In this document: piece by piece, positions 51,441-61,332 of the stretch | Layout: every line of letters begins with the position of its first letter | Numbering within the stretch: the stretch's first letter is position 1 | Assembly: GCA_965223345.1 (NCBI GenBank) | Contig: CBDCWG010000007.1 | Coordinates: forward strand, 128,001 to 192,000 | Length of the DNA: 64,000 nt | Reading direction: 5' to 3' | Origin: Nitrospinales bacterium | GTDB taxonomy: Bacteria; Nitrospinota; Nitrospinia; Nitrospinales; VA-1 | Program-made: the position numbers and the translations under genes | The notes under the pieces: model-generated | What the model was told of the DNA's origin: nothing | Database searches by the model: none | The model's input: the letters and a program-made list of their open reading frames with translations, nothing else

Positions 51441-52652
51441 TCAGGAAATGTTCTTGATCATGTGGCCCATCTTTTTCTGTTTGGTGCGCAGGTATTTGAC
51501 GTTGTCCTTGCGCGGGTGCACCTCGATGGGCACGCGCTCGACGATGTGCAGCCCGTAGCCTTCCAGCCCGACGATCTTGCGCGGGTTGTTGGTCAAAAGG
51601 CGGATCTGCCCCAGACCGAGCTTGCACAGGATCTGCGCGCCGATGCCGTACTCGCGCAGGTCGGCCTTGAAACCCAGGGCCTCGTTGGCCTGCACGGTGT
51701 CCTTGCCTTCATCCTGCAGCGCGTAGGCTTTCAATTTGTTGATGATGCCGATGCCGCGGCCTTCCTGCGGCAGATACACCAGCACCCCGTTGCCCTCTTC
51801 GTTGATTTTCTCCAGCGCGCTGTTGAGCTGATCGCCGCAGTCGCAGCGGAACGAACCGAACACGTCGCCGGTGAGGCACTGGGAATGCACCCGCACCAGG
51901 GTCGGCACATCGGGCTGGATCTCGCCTTTGACGAGCGCGATGTGGATCTGGTCAATGAGCACGTTGCGGAACGTGACGGCGGTGAATTCGCCGTGCGCCG
52001 TCGGCAACACCGTGCGCACCACTTCCTCGACCAGCGCCTCGCGCTGCAGCCGGTATTCGGCGAGGTCCTTGGTGGTGATCATTTTCAGGCCGTGTTTTTC
52101 CGCGAATTTCGCAAGCTGCGGCACGCGCGCCATGCTGCCGTCCTCGTCCATGATCTCGCAGATGACGCCGGCGGGCTGAAGTCCCGCGAGCCGGGAGATA
52201 TCGACGGACGCCTCGGTCTGGCCCATTCGGACTAACACGCCGCCGTCCTTGGCGCGCAGCGGAAAGATGTGGCCGGGTTTGACGAGATCGTTTTTGCCGG
52301 TCTTGGGGTCGATGGTAACGCGTATGGTCTGGGCGCGGTCCGCGGCGGAGATCCCGGTGGTCACGCCTTCGCGCGCATCGATGGACACGGTGAACGGCGT
52401 TTCGAAATGCGACTGGTTTTCCTGCACCATCATGGTGAGGCCCAGCTCACGCGTGCGCTCTTCGGTGAGAGCCAGGCAGACCAGACCGCGGCCGTACTTG
52501 GCCATGAAATTGATCGCCTCGGGCGTCACCTTGTCGGCGGCGATCATCAGATCGCCCTCGTTTTCGCGATCCTCATCGTCCACGATGATGATCATCTCAC
52601 CGTTTTTGACATCCTCGATCGCTTCGTCTATAGAGCTGAATGGTTTGTTCAT
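51441..52652 (-). CDS. ribBA: DHBP synthase / GTP cyclohydrolase II
   Basis: [31 protein letters not shown]. Confidence 0.97.
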   Translation of the reverse strand: MNKPFSSIDEAIEDVKNGEMIIIVDDEDRENEGDLMIAADKVTPEAINFMAKYGRGLVCLALTEERTRELGLTMMVQENQSHFETPFTVSIDAREGVTTGISAADRAQTIRVTIDPKTGKNDLVKPGHIFPLRAKDGGVLVRMGQTEASVDISRLAGLQPAGVICEIMDEDGSMARVPQLAKFAEKHGLKMITTKDLAEYRLQREALVEEVVRTVLPTAHGEFTAVTFRNVLIDQIHIALVKGEIQPDVPTLVRVHSQCLTGDVFGSFRCDCGDQLNSALEKINEEGNGVLVYLPQEGRGIGIINKLKAYALQDEGKDTVQANEALGFKADLREYGIGAQILCKLGLGQIRLLTNNPRKIVGLEGYGLHIVERVPIEVHPRKDNVKYLRTKQKKMGHMIKNIS

Positions 52653-52686
52653 CGCTTGCCGTCACTATGGATGTGCCTGCACCGGG

Positions 52687-53340
52687 TCATAAAAATCCCT
52701 TCTGCCTGAGCAGGTCCAGGGATATCTTCTCTCCTTTGGCGGGGTGCACCAGCAGCGTCTCGCAGGCCTTAAAGACATATTTGCCAATCATATCACATTC
52801 GATGTTCACCCGATCTCCGATTTTCCGCTCCTTCAGGTTGGTGTGGGACAGGGTGAAGGGAATGATGGACACGGAAAATTTGTTGTCCGAACAGGAAAAC
52901 ACGGTGAGGCTGATGCCGTCCACGGCGATGGAGCCTTTTTCGATGATGAACGGGCTGAGTTCGGGCGGGTGCTCGAAGCGGAACACCACTTCACCGGGTT
53001 TCGTTTCGTGATCCACCACGGTGCCGGTCTGGTCGATGTGGCCGGAAACGAAATGCCCGCTGATCTTCTGATCGGGCGTAAGGGAGCGCTCGAGATTGAC
53101 GGCCGTGCGGACTTTGGCTTCGCTGAAGCCGGTGCGGTTCAGAGTCTCGGTGCTCAAATCGACGGTGAACCCGTCTTTGGAAAATTCGCGCACGGTGAGG
53201 CAGACGCCGTTGACGGCGATGCTTTCCCCGAGTTCGAATTCCCCGAATTCCGGATCGGTGTGGATCACCATCTCCGCGTGTTCCTCCATCCGGTTGATTT
53301 TCTCGATCTGTCCCACACTCTGAATGATTCCGCTGAACAT
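52687..53340 (-). CDS. ribE: Riboflavin synthase
   Basis: MFSGII, SIAVNGVCLT, GHFVSGHID, GSIAVDGISLT. Confidence 0.96.
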   Translation of the reverse strand: MFSGIIQSVGQIEKINRMEEHAEMVIHTDPEFGEFELGESIAVNGVCLTVREFSKDGFTVDLSTETLNRTGFSEAKVRTAVNLERSLTPDQKISGHFVSGHIDQTGTVVDHETKPGEVVFRFEHPPELSPFIIEKGSIAVDGISLTVFSCSDNKFSVSIIPFTLSHTNLKERKIGDRVNIECDMIGKYVFKACETLLVHPAKGEKISLDLLRQKGFL

Positions 53341-53352
53341 GCGTTTCCTTCC

Positions 53353-54462
53353 CTATCGTTTTTCCGGTGTGGCTTCGACCATCCAGTCCTCGCCCACCGG
53401 GGTGATTTTCATGTTTTCCAGTTTGAGCACCTTTCGCATCGTCTCGATGCCCGCGCCACCGACCGGGCCGGGTGCGCCGCTGCCGCCGATGATCGCGGGC
53501 GCGATGAAAAAGATCACTTTGTCCACGATGCCCGCTTTAAGCGCGCTGGCGTTGATCTCTCCGCCCGCTTCGATCAGCACGGAGGTGATCTCCCGTTCGC
53601 CCAGCTTGCGCATGAGATGGGACAGATCGACCCCGCTCCGGGTTTCCTTGACGGAAAGGATCTCGATGCCTTTGGCTGTTAAGGCTTGCTTTCGGGATGC
53701 GCTCGGGTTTTTCCCGCAGGCGAGGATCACTCTCTGGGTCTTCGTGTTCTGAAACACCTTCGCGTTCAGAGGAACCCGCTGCCGCCGGTCCACCACCACG
53801 CGGATGGGGTGCCTGGGGTTCCGCTTTCCCGTTCGGACGGTCAGCATGGGATTATCCTTCAATACGGTGCCCGCGCCAACAAGAATCGCATCGACCTGCT
53901 CTCTCAATGCGTGCACAGTGCGGCGCGCCTTCGCCCCGGTGATCCATTTCGACGCGCCCGTGCGGGTGGCGATCTTGCCGTCGAGGGACAGGGCGGATTT
54001 TAAAATCACATAGGGTTCGCCGGTCTGAATGTATTTGATGAAAACCGCGTTCAGCTCCGCGCATTCTTTTCTGAGGATGCCGGTGGTGACGCCGATGCCA
54101 CCTTTTTTCAAAGCGCGGATGCCTTTTCCGCATACCAATGGGTTGGGGTCGCGCATGCCGATATACACGTGCCGGATTCCGGCCTTGAGCAGGGCTTCGG
54201 TGCAGGGAGGGGTTTTTCCGGTGTGACAGCAGGGCTCCAGATTGACATACAGGTCCGCGCCCTGGGCCTGGCTTCCGGCCTGCCTGAGGGCGGCGATTTC
54301 GGCATGCGGACCGCCGGCTTTTTTGTGGTAACCCGCGCCCACGACCGCGCCGTTTTTGACCAGAACCGCGCCCACCAGGGGATTGGGGCTGGTTTTGCCC
54401 CGCCCTTTTTGCGCGAGCGCCAGCGCCTGCTGCATGTGTTTTTTATGGGATGCTTCCGTCAC
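53353..54462 (-). CDS. ribD: Riboflavin biosynthesis deaminase/reductase
   Basis: PNPLVGAV, HAE, LEPCCH..TPPC, SLDGKIA; GTG start assumed. Confidence 0.95.
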   Translation of the reverse strand: MTEASHKKHMQQALALAQKGRGKTSPNPLVGAVLVKNGAVVGAGYHKKAGGPHAEIAALRQAGSQAQGADLYVNLEPCCHTGKTPPCTEALLKAGIRHVYIGMRDPNPLVCGKGIRALKKGGIGVTTGILRKECAELNAVFIKYIQTGEPYVILKSALSLDGKIATRTGASKWITGAKARRTVHALREQVDAILVGAGTVLKDNPMLTVRTGKRNPRHPIRVVVDRRQRVPLNAKVFQNTKTQRVILACGKNPSASRKQALTAKGIEILSVKETRSGVDLSHLMRKLGEREITSVLIEAGGEINASALKAGIVDKVIFFIAPAIIGGSGAPGPVGGAGIETMRKVLKLENMKITPVGEDWMVEATPEKR

Positions 54463-54550
54463 GGTGTGGTTCCGCCCGATTCGAGTTGTGAACGCGCCCG
54501 GCCGCGTGGGACCGATCGCTGCGCCGGACCGCCAGCACCACTTTAGCCGA

Positions 54551-55375
54551 TCAGTTCTTGCGGCGCAAAATATCCACCATCTGCTTGCGGATGCTGCCGC
54601 GCTGGTAGACGATTTCGATGCGACGGTTGGCGGCCCGGTTCTCTTTGCTGGTATTCGCCACTTTGGGCCGAAACTGCGCCAGGCCTTCGATGGAAAGGTT
54701 TTCCGCCGGGAAACCCGCTTCGGTGAACATGCGCGCCACATCGGCGGCGCGGGAGGCGGAAAGCTCCCAGTTGGACGGAAACTGTTTGCTGCGGATGGGG
54801 GTGTCGTCGGTGTGGCCTTCGATCTTGACCTGATAGTTGAACTGGTTGAGCAGCTCGAACACCTGCTTGATGACTTTCTTGCCCTCGGGCGTCATTTTGG
54901 CCTGTCCGGGCGGAAACAGCACCATGTCGGAAATGGTGATCACCGCGCCGCGCTCGTCGGAGGACACCTCCACCGCTCCGGAAAGTTTGTTCTTGTAGAC
55001 GAATTCCTCGACCTCGGAGGCGATCTCCTCGATCTCCTTGGCGACCATGGCGCCGACTTCGTCGATGGCGTGGACGCTGTCCTCCTGCATCTGCATCTGC
55101 ATCTTGATGACGTCGAGGCCCTGGCGCGTGCCGGATTCCGGAATGGCTTCGGTTCCCAGCGCGTCCTTGAGGGATTCCTTGATCAGACGCCATTTCTCGT
55201 CTTCGATCGAGCCCATGGCGAACAGCAGGATGAAAAAAACCATGAGCAGGGTCACCAGATCGGCAAAGGTCATGACCCAGGCCGGGGCACCCCCGGATCC
55301 CTCGTCCTGCTCCTCTTCATCATCCCCTTCGTCAGCGGGATCGGGATTTTTTTCTTTTGCGTCTTTTTCAGCCAT
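54551..55375 (-). CDS. motB: Flagellar stator B subunit (PomB/MotS-like)
   Basis: WVMTFADLVTLLMVFFILL; OmpA-like EGHTDD, NWELS, NRRIEI. Confidence 0.93.
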   Translation of the reverse strand: MAEKDAKEKNPDPADEGDDEEEQDEGSGGAPAWVMTFADLVTLLMVFFILLFAMGSIEDEKWRLIKESLKDALGTEAIPESGTRQGLDVIKMQMQMQEDSVHAIDEVGAMVAKEIEEIASEVEEFVYKNKLSGAVEVSSDERGAVITISDMVLFPPGQAKMTPEGKKVIKQVFELLNQFNYQVKIEGHTDDTPIRSKQFPSNWELSASRAADVARMFTEAGFPAENLSIEGLAQFRPKVANTSKENRAANRRIEIVYQRGSIRKQMVDILRRKN

Positions 55376-55388
55376 GCTCAGTCACGGT

Positions 55389-56189
55389 TTATTTTTTCGC
55401 GGGTTTCTTGCCGCCGCCCTCTTCTTCCTTTTTGGACTTCTTGCCGTGGTACGAATCGAGGAAGTTTTCCAGAACGTCTTTCATGAACCGGGGGTTCACG
55501 CCTTTGCGGATGTAGGCGATGCCTTCCAGCACCAGGTTCATTTCCAGGGTTTCGCTGGCGCTTCTGCGTTTCAGCTTGACGGTCATGGGAATGAACAGCA
55601 GGTTGGCGATGCAGGCGCCATAGAATGTGGTGATGAGCGCGATGGCCATTTTCGGTCCGACGGAGTTGACGTCCGCAAGGTCCGCGAGCATCTGGATCAG
55701 ACCGATCAGGGTGCCGATCATGCCGAAGGCCGGGGCGAAGGCCCCCATCTGGTTGAAAATCTCCCAGCCGTCCTTGTGCGATTTCTGGATCTGTTTGATC
55801 TCGCGCTTGAGCAGGGCGTTCACCGTGGCCTCGTCCTTGCCGTCCACGGTCATCTCCAGTCCCTTTTTCAGAAATTCGTTGTCGATGTCCTTGAGCTTGG
55901 ACTCGATGGCCAGAACGCCGCCTTTGCGCGCCACGTTGCACACGCCGACCATGTCTTCGATGAGTTCGTAATGGTCGCTTTTGCGGACGAAGAACACGCG
56001 CAGAAACAGGCCCATCACCTTCATGACCTCATTGAAGGGAAATGCCACCAGGGTGGCCGCCAGGGTGCCGCCGATGACGATCATGGCCGATGGGGCGTTG
56101 ATGAACAGACCCAGTCCGCTGTTCATCAATATGGATGAAAGGACCAGCCCGATGCCTGCGATGATTCCTGCTAAAGTTGCGATGTCCAT
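55389..56189 (-). CDS. motA: Flagellar stator A subunit (PomA/MotP-like)
   Basis: APAFGMIGTLIGL, ALITTFYG. Confidence 0.93.
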   Translation of the reverse strand: MDIATLAGIIAGIGLVLSSILMNSGLGLFINAPSAMIVIGGTLAATLVAFPFNEVMKVMGLFLRVFFVRKSDHYELIEDMVGVCNVARKGGVLAIESKLKDIDNEFLKKGLEMTVDGKDEATVNALLKREIKQIQKSHKDGWEIFNQMGAFAPAFGMIGTLIGLIQMLADLADVNSVGPKMAIALITTFYGACIANLLFIPMTVKLKRRSASETLEMNLVLEGIAYIRKGVNPRFMKDVLENFLDSYHGKKSKKEEEGGGKKPAKK

Positions 56190-56195
56190 GGTTTT

Positions 56196-57545
56196 TTACG
56201 GTTGTTTGATTTTGACTTTCCCCGAAATCGGGTCCATAGCGTGAAACCGGATGATCTTGTTCAGCGTGTCGCGGTTGAGCACCGTGCCCTTGCGCAACAG
56301 ATTGATGCCCGATTCGGAATAGATGTCCGAAGCCAGCTCCATGCCCTCCACCAGTGCGAAAACCGAACAGTCCAGCGCTTTCGGCTCTTCGGTGTCCATC
56401 TGGGTGTCCACGTACTCACACAGGTAATTCATGACCTGCTCGTCGAACACCGTCCCCACCCGCTGATCCATCGCATCCAGGAGGCTTTTGGGCGTGCTCT
56501 CGGGCTGGGCGATGCGCGCGTGATCGAAAAAACTGGCGGCGGTGATGATCCGCGATCCCACCGGAATGCGGTCGCCGTACAGTCCGTCCGGAGAACCGGA
56601 CCCGTCCACGTTTTCGTGCAGATGCCGGATGATCGCCGCGATCAGCTCGAAACCGGGAAATCCTTTCAAAAGCATCTCTCCGACCAGCGGATGGTGGGTC
56701 TGATGCCGGTTGTTGTCCTCGTCCAGCGCTTCCAGCCGCCGTTCCGGGGTCGGCAGGGCGACGATGCCCAGCTCGTGCAGCCGGGCCGCGGAGCGGATGT
56801 TGCGAATCTGGTAATCGGTGAGCTTCATCTTCTCGGCGATGTACACCGACATGGCCGCCACCCGTTCGGCGTGGCCCCGGTGATCGGACTGGTGCAGCTC
56901 GATGATCGCGGCGAGAAGCCCTTCCGTCGAATCGAAGCGGCGCGCCAGTTCGTCCACCATGCTGGAGATCTCGGCGTTCTTCTCCTCCAGCTGCTTGTTG
57001 AGGTCCGTCATCTCATGCAGGCTCATTCCCAGCCGGCGCTTGTCGGTGTGCAGTTCGTCGTTGAGGGCCGCGAGTTTTTTGTGAAACTGTTTGAGTTGTC
57101 CTAAGGATTCCTCCAATTGCTGGTTCTTTTCGTGCACGGTTTCGTTGAGCCGCACGAGCCTGAGCGCGGAATGCACCAGAAAGACCAGCTCGCCGCTTTT
57201 GAGCGGTTTGGACAGATACGCGTCGGCCCCGTTCTCACGGGCGCGGGCGGCGTGGTCTTCGCCGGGATGGTAGTCGGACATCAGGATGAACGCGCATTTC
57301 GGGTTCTCCTGGCGCACGGTGCGGCACACCTTGTGTCCGTCCATGCCGGGCAGATGAAGGCTGCTCAGGATGAAATCGGGCTTCGCCCGGCGCATCGTTT
57401 CCAGCCCCTCTTCGCCGGAGGGCGTCTGCAGCACTTCAACCGTTGTGGAACCGAGCGATGGAATCAAAATGTTCTTCACCGTTTCCGAAAGAGTCGGGTC
57501 TGGATCGATACAGAGAATCGTTATGGTTTTGCGGGTGATGTTCAA
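56196..57545 (-). CDS. Degenerate receiver + coiled coil + HD-GYP-like protein
   Basis: PDFILSSLHLPGMDG..SKP receiver; HAERVA, LHELG, HENVDGSGSPDGL. Confidence 0.85.
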   Translation of the reverse strand: MNITRKTITILCIDPDPTLSETVKNILIPSLGSTTVEVLQTPSGEEGLETMRRAKPDFILSSLHLPGMDGHKVCRTVRQENPKCAFILMSDYHPGEDHAARARENGADAYLSKPLKSGELVFLVHSALRLVRLNETVHEKNQQLEESLGQLKQFHKKLAALNDELHTDKRRLGMSLHEMTDLNKQLEEKNAEISSMVDELARRFDSTEGLLAAIIELHQSDHRGHAERVAAMSVYIAEKMKLTDYQIRNIRSAARLHELGIVALPTPERRLEALDEDNNRHQTHHPLVGEMLLKGFPGFELIAAIIRHLHENVDGSGSPDGLYGDRIPVGSRIITAASFFDHARIAQPESTPKSLLDAMDQRVGTVFDEQVMNYLCEYVDTQMDTEEPKALDCSVFALVEGMELASDIYSESGINLLRKGTVLNRDTLNKIIRFHAMDPISGKVKIKQP

Positions 57546-57706
57546 GGCCCCGTCCCGTATCCGGTCTGACCGAGTTCGATTATTAAAATATGGGAATGCT
57601 GAAATTGTTCTTTGAAGTAAATCTGTGGCGAAAGGCGTTCAGAAATCAGCGGAAGTTTCCCATCCCCCCTGCTTTCCGGGAAACCCCAAACACCCCAAAA
57701 TGCCTT

Positions 57707-57719
57707 TAAGCCATTGATT
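57707..57719 (-). promoter_or_regulatory. IHF-binding consensus site
   Basis: AATCAA-TGGC-TTA matches WATCAANNNNTTR; one-mismatch site at 9380-9392 upstream of fliD. Confidence 0.4.
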
Positions 57720-57864
57720 TTATGATAAAAAGGACTCGCCCCTGAGTCAAGGAAAACTTTTTTCTATCTATGGAGGACCTAATTGGGGGCGTTTTTTCAG
57801 GGATTTTGGCGGATTTTCCGGGAAAACCGGATTTTCGGCAGTCTGAAGGGAAAGCGGCGGGAAT

Positions 57865-60264
57865 TCAGTCCTCGTCCTCGTCGTCGATTTCGGTGATGCG
57901 GGGCCCGGAAACGCAGCGCAGGCCGACGGTGAGGTGGCGCTCGGCGGGATCGAAGGAGTTTCTGAACTTGCACTTGGCGTGCACCAGGTAGTTGAGCCAG
58001 GATCCGCCGCGCACGATGCGCTGGGTGGTGTGGCGGGAGGCGTGCAGCTGCACGCACCATTCCCAGACGTTTCCGGCCATGTCGAAGCAGCCGTAGGGGG
58101 AGATGCCGGGTTCAAATTCCGTCACCGGGTTGGTGCGGCCGACCATGAAATCGCAGGTGTTCGCATATCCGCTCTGGTAGCCCATCGCCTCGCCCCAGGG
58201 GTAGTCGCGCCCGTCGGTGCCGCGGGCGGCTTTCTCCCACTCCTTCTCCACGGGCAGCCGCCGGCCCAGCCAGATGGCGAAAACCAGGGCCTCGTAATAA
58301 TTGATGCCGATCACCGGCTGGTCCGGGTCCTGGGAATAGCGGGCGTGATGCAGAGCGCGATTGGGATCGAACTGCCGGAACAGGGCGTTGGTGACCGGGT
58401 ATTTCATGATGGCGTATTCCCGCAGATGAATGTGGTCCTCGACGTCGGTTTCTTCCTGGTAGATGAATTTGCCTTCGGGAACGGTGACCATCTCCCCCCA
58501 CTCGCGCAGCACGCCCATCTGGACCTGCTTGGGGTCCTCAGACTCGCTGAGAAACCCCTTAAGCGCTTCGATGCCCTTGAGCGGCTCGAAATCCTGGGTG
58601 TCCACCAGGGCGCCGAGATCCACTTTGTGCAGGGCCAGGAGCAGCTCGATGACGGCATAGAGGATGCGGCTGTCGCGGTTTTCGCGTTTGAGCAGGTTTC
58701 CCAGCAGGGAGTTCAGATAATCGCGATCGATCGTGTCCGCCACTTCCTTGGTGGGGATGAGGCGGCAGCGGGCAAACTCGGGATGCGCTTCGCGGCACTG
58801 GTATTTGAGCAGGTGCCCGGTCAGAAGCTGCTTGGGGCGGGACAGGTCCTCCGCCTCTCCGAGGCAGCTGCCGGCGAGAAACACCGCCCCCTCCTGCAAC
58901 AGCACCTCGATCAGTTCGTCGCTCGGCACCCGGCCCACCAGAAACGGGATGACCGCCTGCCATTTTGCGTCGCGGCAGTGCTTCTGCACCAGAGCCTGCC
59001 ACTCGGTCTGCGCTGCCAGGTGCCGGGCCGCGAAAAACTCCTGAAAGCTGGGGTGGCGGTACTCCCAGCGCTCCGGGGTCTGCTGCAGCAGATCGTCCAG
59101 GCCCTCGGGAAGCGCACTGTTTTCCGGCTTCGGGTCGCCCCAGTGCTCGTAAAAGGTCTCTTTGGCGAAATCGGTCTCGACGCTTTTGAAGCGCTGGGCC
59201 TGGCCGTTTTCCATCAGCGCGAACGCCAGCCGCCCCAAACGGTTGAGGCGCTCCTCGACCCACTGCGGGTCGTCCTCGGGAGCCTGGGCGTCGAGCAGGC
59301 CGCGGAAATGGGTCTCGTACAGCTCGCCGCGGGTGTTGCAGCTCTCCAGCTGTTCCGCTTCGTCAGAGCGCCTGATCATGCGCAGCAGGATGGGGGCGTG
59401 CACGAATTCGGGCGCGAACGGCGCGGCTTTTTTGAGCAGGGCATCCTTGACCGCATCGCCCAGATAGGCTTTGCGCTGCTTGTCGTCGATGGCCTGAAAC
59501 TGGATCTGAAACGCCGCGTCCTCGCCGCGTTTCACGACGGCGTCGGTGGCCATGGGGCCGAACTCGAACGGCCGCGAAGCGCAGAGCACGAAATTGCTGC
59601 GCAGTACGTTGTCGTCCACGAACAGGTCGTAAAACACCTGAAACCGGTCCTCGGCCTCCAGGGTTTCGAGCCCGTCCAACAGGTAGATCATGCGGCTGGT
59701 GGTGCCGATGATTTCGATCGTGCGTTCGAGCACGTCCTCATCCAGTTCCAGCTCCGGGGATTCCTCTTTTTCCAGCAGCACCACGTCGAGGATTTCCTTG
59801 CGGCTGCGCGCGAAAAACTCGCCGAAACCGGTGCCGCGCGGCAACTCGCCCAGATGGTAATAGATCGGCAGCGCGTAGATCGGGTGCGGCGGCTTCGCAA
59901 GCAGGGTTTCCTGATAGAACTTGAGGAAGGTGGTCTTGCCCATGCCGGAGTCGGCCTGCAGGTGGATCTTCAGCCGGCTCTCCTGCAGCAGGTCCTCGTG
60001 GATGGCGCGCGGGGACGGGAACACCTGCTCCATGAGGCTTTGCCGGTGCAGGATGGGGTTGGTGTCGAGCAGCACGGGCTCGATGAAGTTCTTCGGCCCC
60101 CTGCCCTCTCCCAGCGCCTGATCGAGCCAGGCGGTGACCCGCTTGAGCTGGTGCTTGCGGTAGGTCTCGATCACCCAGTCGGGCGATTCCTCGGGCTTGG
60201 GCTGCGCGACGGGAGCGCGCTCCTCCTCGGGCTGCGGGACCGGCAAATCATTTGTTTCGCTCAT
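57865..60264 (-). CDS. NACHT-like NTPase fused to FGE-sulfatase (SUMF1) domain
   Basis: ADSGMGKTT, YLLDGLE, YRHPSFQEFFAA; YPVTN, RLPVEKEWEKAARG, DMAGNVWEW, RGGSW. Confidence 0.87.
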   Translation of the reverse strand: MSETNDLPVPQPEEERAPVAQPKPEESPDWVIETYRKHQLKRVTAWLDQALGEGRGPKNFIEPVLLDTNPILHRQSLMEQVFPSPRAIHEDLLQESRLKIHLQADSGMGKTTFLKFYQETLLAKPPHPIYALPIYYHLGELPRGTGFGEFFARSRKEILDVVLLEKEESPELELDEDVLERTIEIIGTTSRMIYLLDGLETLEAEDRFQVFYDLFVDDNVLRSNFVLCASRPFEFGPMATDAVVKRGEDAAFQIQFQAIDDKQRKAYLGDAVKDALLKKAAPFAPEFVHAPILLRMIRRSDEAEQLESCNTRGELYETHFRGLLDAQAPEDDPQWVEERLNRLGRLAFALMENGQAQRFKSVETDFAKETFYEHWGDPKPENSALPEGLDDLLQQTPERWEYRHPSFQEFFAARHLAAQTEWQALVQKHCRDAKWQAVIPFLVGRVPSDELIEVLLQEGAVFLAGSCLGEAEDLSRPKQLLTGHLLKYQCREAHPEFARCRLIPTKEVADTIDRDYLNSLLGNLLKRENRDSRILYAVIELLLALHKVDLGALVDTQDFEPLKGIEALKGFLSESEDPKQVQMGVLREWGEMVTVPEGKFIYQEETDVEDHIHLREYAIMKYPVTNALFRQFDPNRALHHARYSQDPDQPVIGINYYEALVFAIWLGRRLPVEKEWEKAARGTDGRDYPWGEAMGYQSGYANTCDFMVGRTNPVTEFEPGISPYGCFDMAGNVWEWCVQLHASRHTTQRIVRGGSWLNYLVHAKCKFRNSFDPAERHLTVGLRCVSGPRITEIDDEDED

Positions 60265-60603
60265 GGAACGGGTTCTCTATAATTGTAGTGGGTGCCCTTT
60301 GACAGACGATTCCGCAGAACCATCCGGATGGGACCGCTTTCCCCTGCGCCGCGCTCACGCCCGGCCGCCGGCAGGGGCTCAACGTCAATGATTTTCAAGT
60401 TTTTCATTCTATCACACGGGCCCCGCCCGCAGGAAATGCGCCCCGCAGGAAGGGAAATGAGTCCTGCGGGAAGGCGACTGACTCCCCACGGATGAGAGCT
60501 GGTCTGGCTTGCGTCATGCGGAATGCCGAAAATATCAATTTTAGCCTGAACAGGCTATCAGTGCTCTAACGTCAAAGCCCGAACCGGAAAGTGACGAGAA
60601 CCG

Positions 60604-61245
60604 ATGTTCCCCCTGAGCGATGAGAACCCGACCCGCGGCCCGACACCCCTCACCTGGGGGTTGATGGGCGCGAACGTCTTCGTGTTCTTCTACATGTTCA
60701 CCTCGTCGATGGGGCCGGATTACATGTTCCTCAACTACGGGCTGGTGCCCTACCATCTCACGCATTTTCCGCAGACCGCCTACCCGACGGTGTTTTCCTC
60801 GATGTTCATCCACGGCGGTTTCTGGCACCTGGCCGGCAACATGCTCTACCTCTACATCTTCGGCAACAACATCGAGGACCGGCTGGGCACGTTCCGCTTC
60901 GCGCTGTTCTATCTGGTGTGCGGGGCCATCGCGGCGTTCGGGCACATCGCCACCGACATGAATTCCGAGATCCCGATGGTGGGCGCGAGCGGCGCGATCT
61001 CGGGAATCCTCGGCGCCTACCTGATCCTGTTCCCGCACGCCAGGGTCAAGACGCTCATCTTTCTCGGATTTTTCATCACCGTGGCCCGCATCCCGGCGGT
61101 CATCCTGCTGGGGCTGTGGATGCTGTTTCAGGTGGCCAACGGCTTGTCGGTTTCCGCCGAAGGGCCCGGCGTCGCCTGGTTCGCGCACATCGGCGGCTTC
61201 ATCGCCGGTATGGCGCTCATCCGCCCGTTTCTGGCGATGCGGTGA
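60604..61245 (+). CDS. Rhomboid intramembrane serine protease
   Basis: HLAGNM, GASGAISG, AHIGG. Confidence 0.95.
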   Translation: MFPLSDENPTRGPTPLTWGLMGANVFVFFYMFTSSMGPDYMFLNYGLVPYHLTHFPQTAYPTVFSSMFIHGGFWHLAGNMLYLYIFGNNIEDRLGTFRFALFYLVCGAIAAFGHIATDMNSEIPMVGASGAISGILGAYLILFPHARVKTLIFLGFFITVARIPAVILLGLWMLFQVANGLSVSAEGPGVAWFAHIGGFIAGMALIRPFLAMR

Positions 61246-61332
61246 CATTATGACTGAGACAGGATGACAGGATAAAAGCGAAGGATGAAAAACGGGTCTC
61301 GCGCAAAGGCGCGAAGACGCAAAGAAAAAAGA

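Noticed and set aside
54463..54550. FMN riboswitch before ribD
   Set aside because: Gap is only 88 nt and lacks RFN consensus motifs
60421..60600. Riboswitch upstream of rhomboid
   Set aside because: Only a 9-bp CCCGCAGGA/TCCTGCGGG hairpin; no convincing glycine or c-di-GMP consensus
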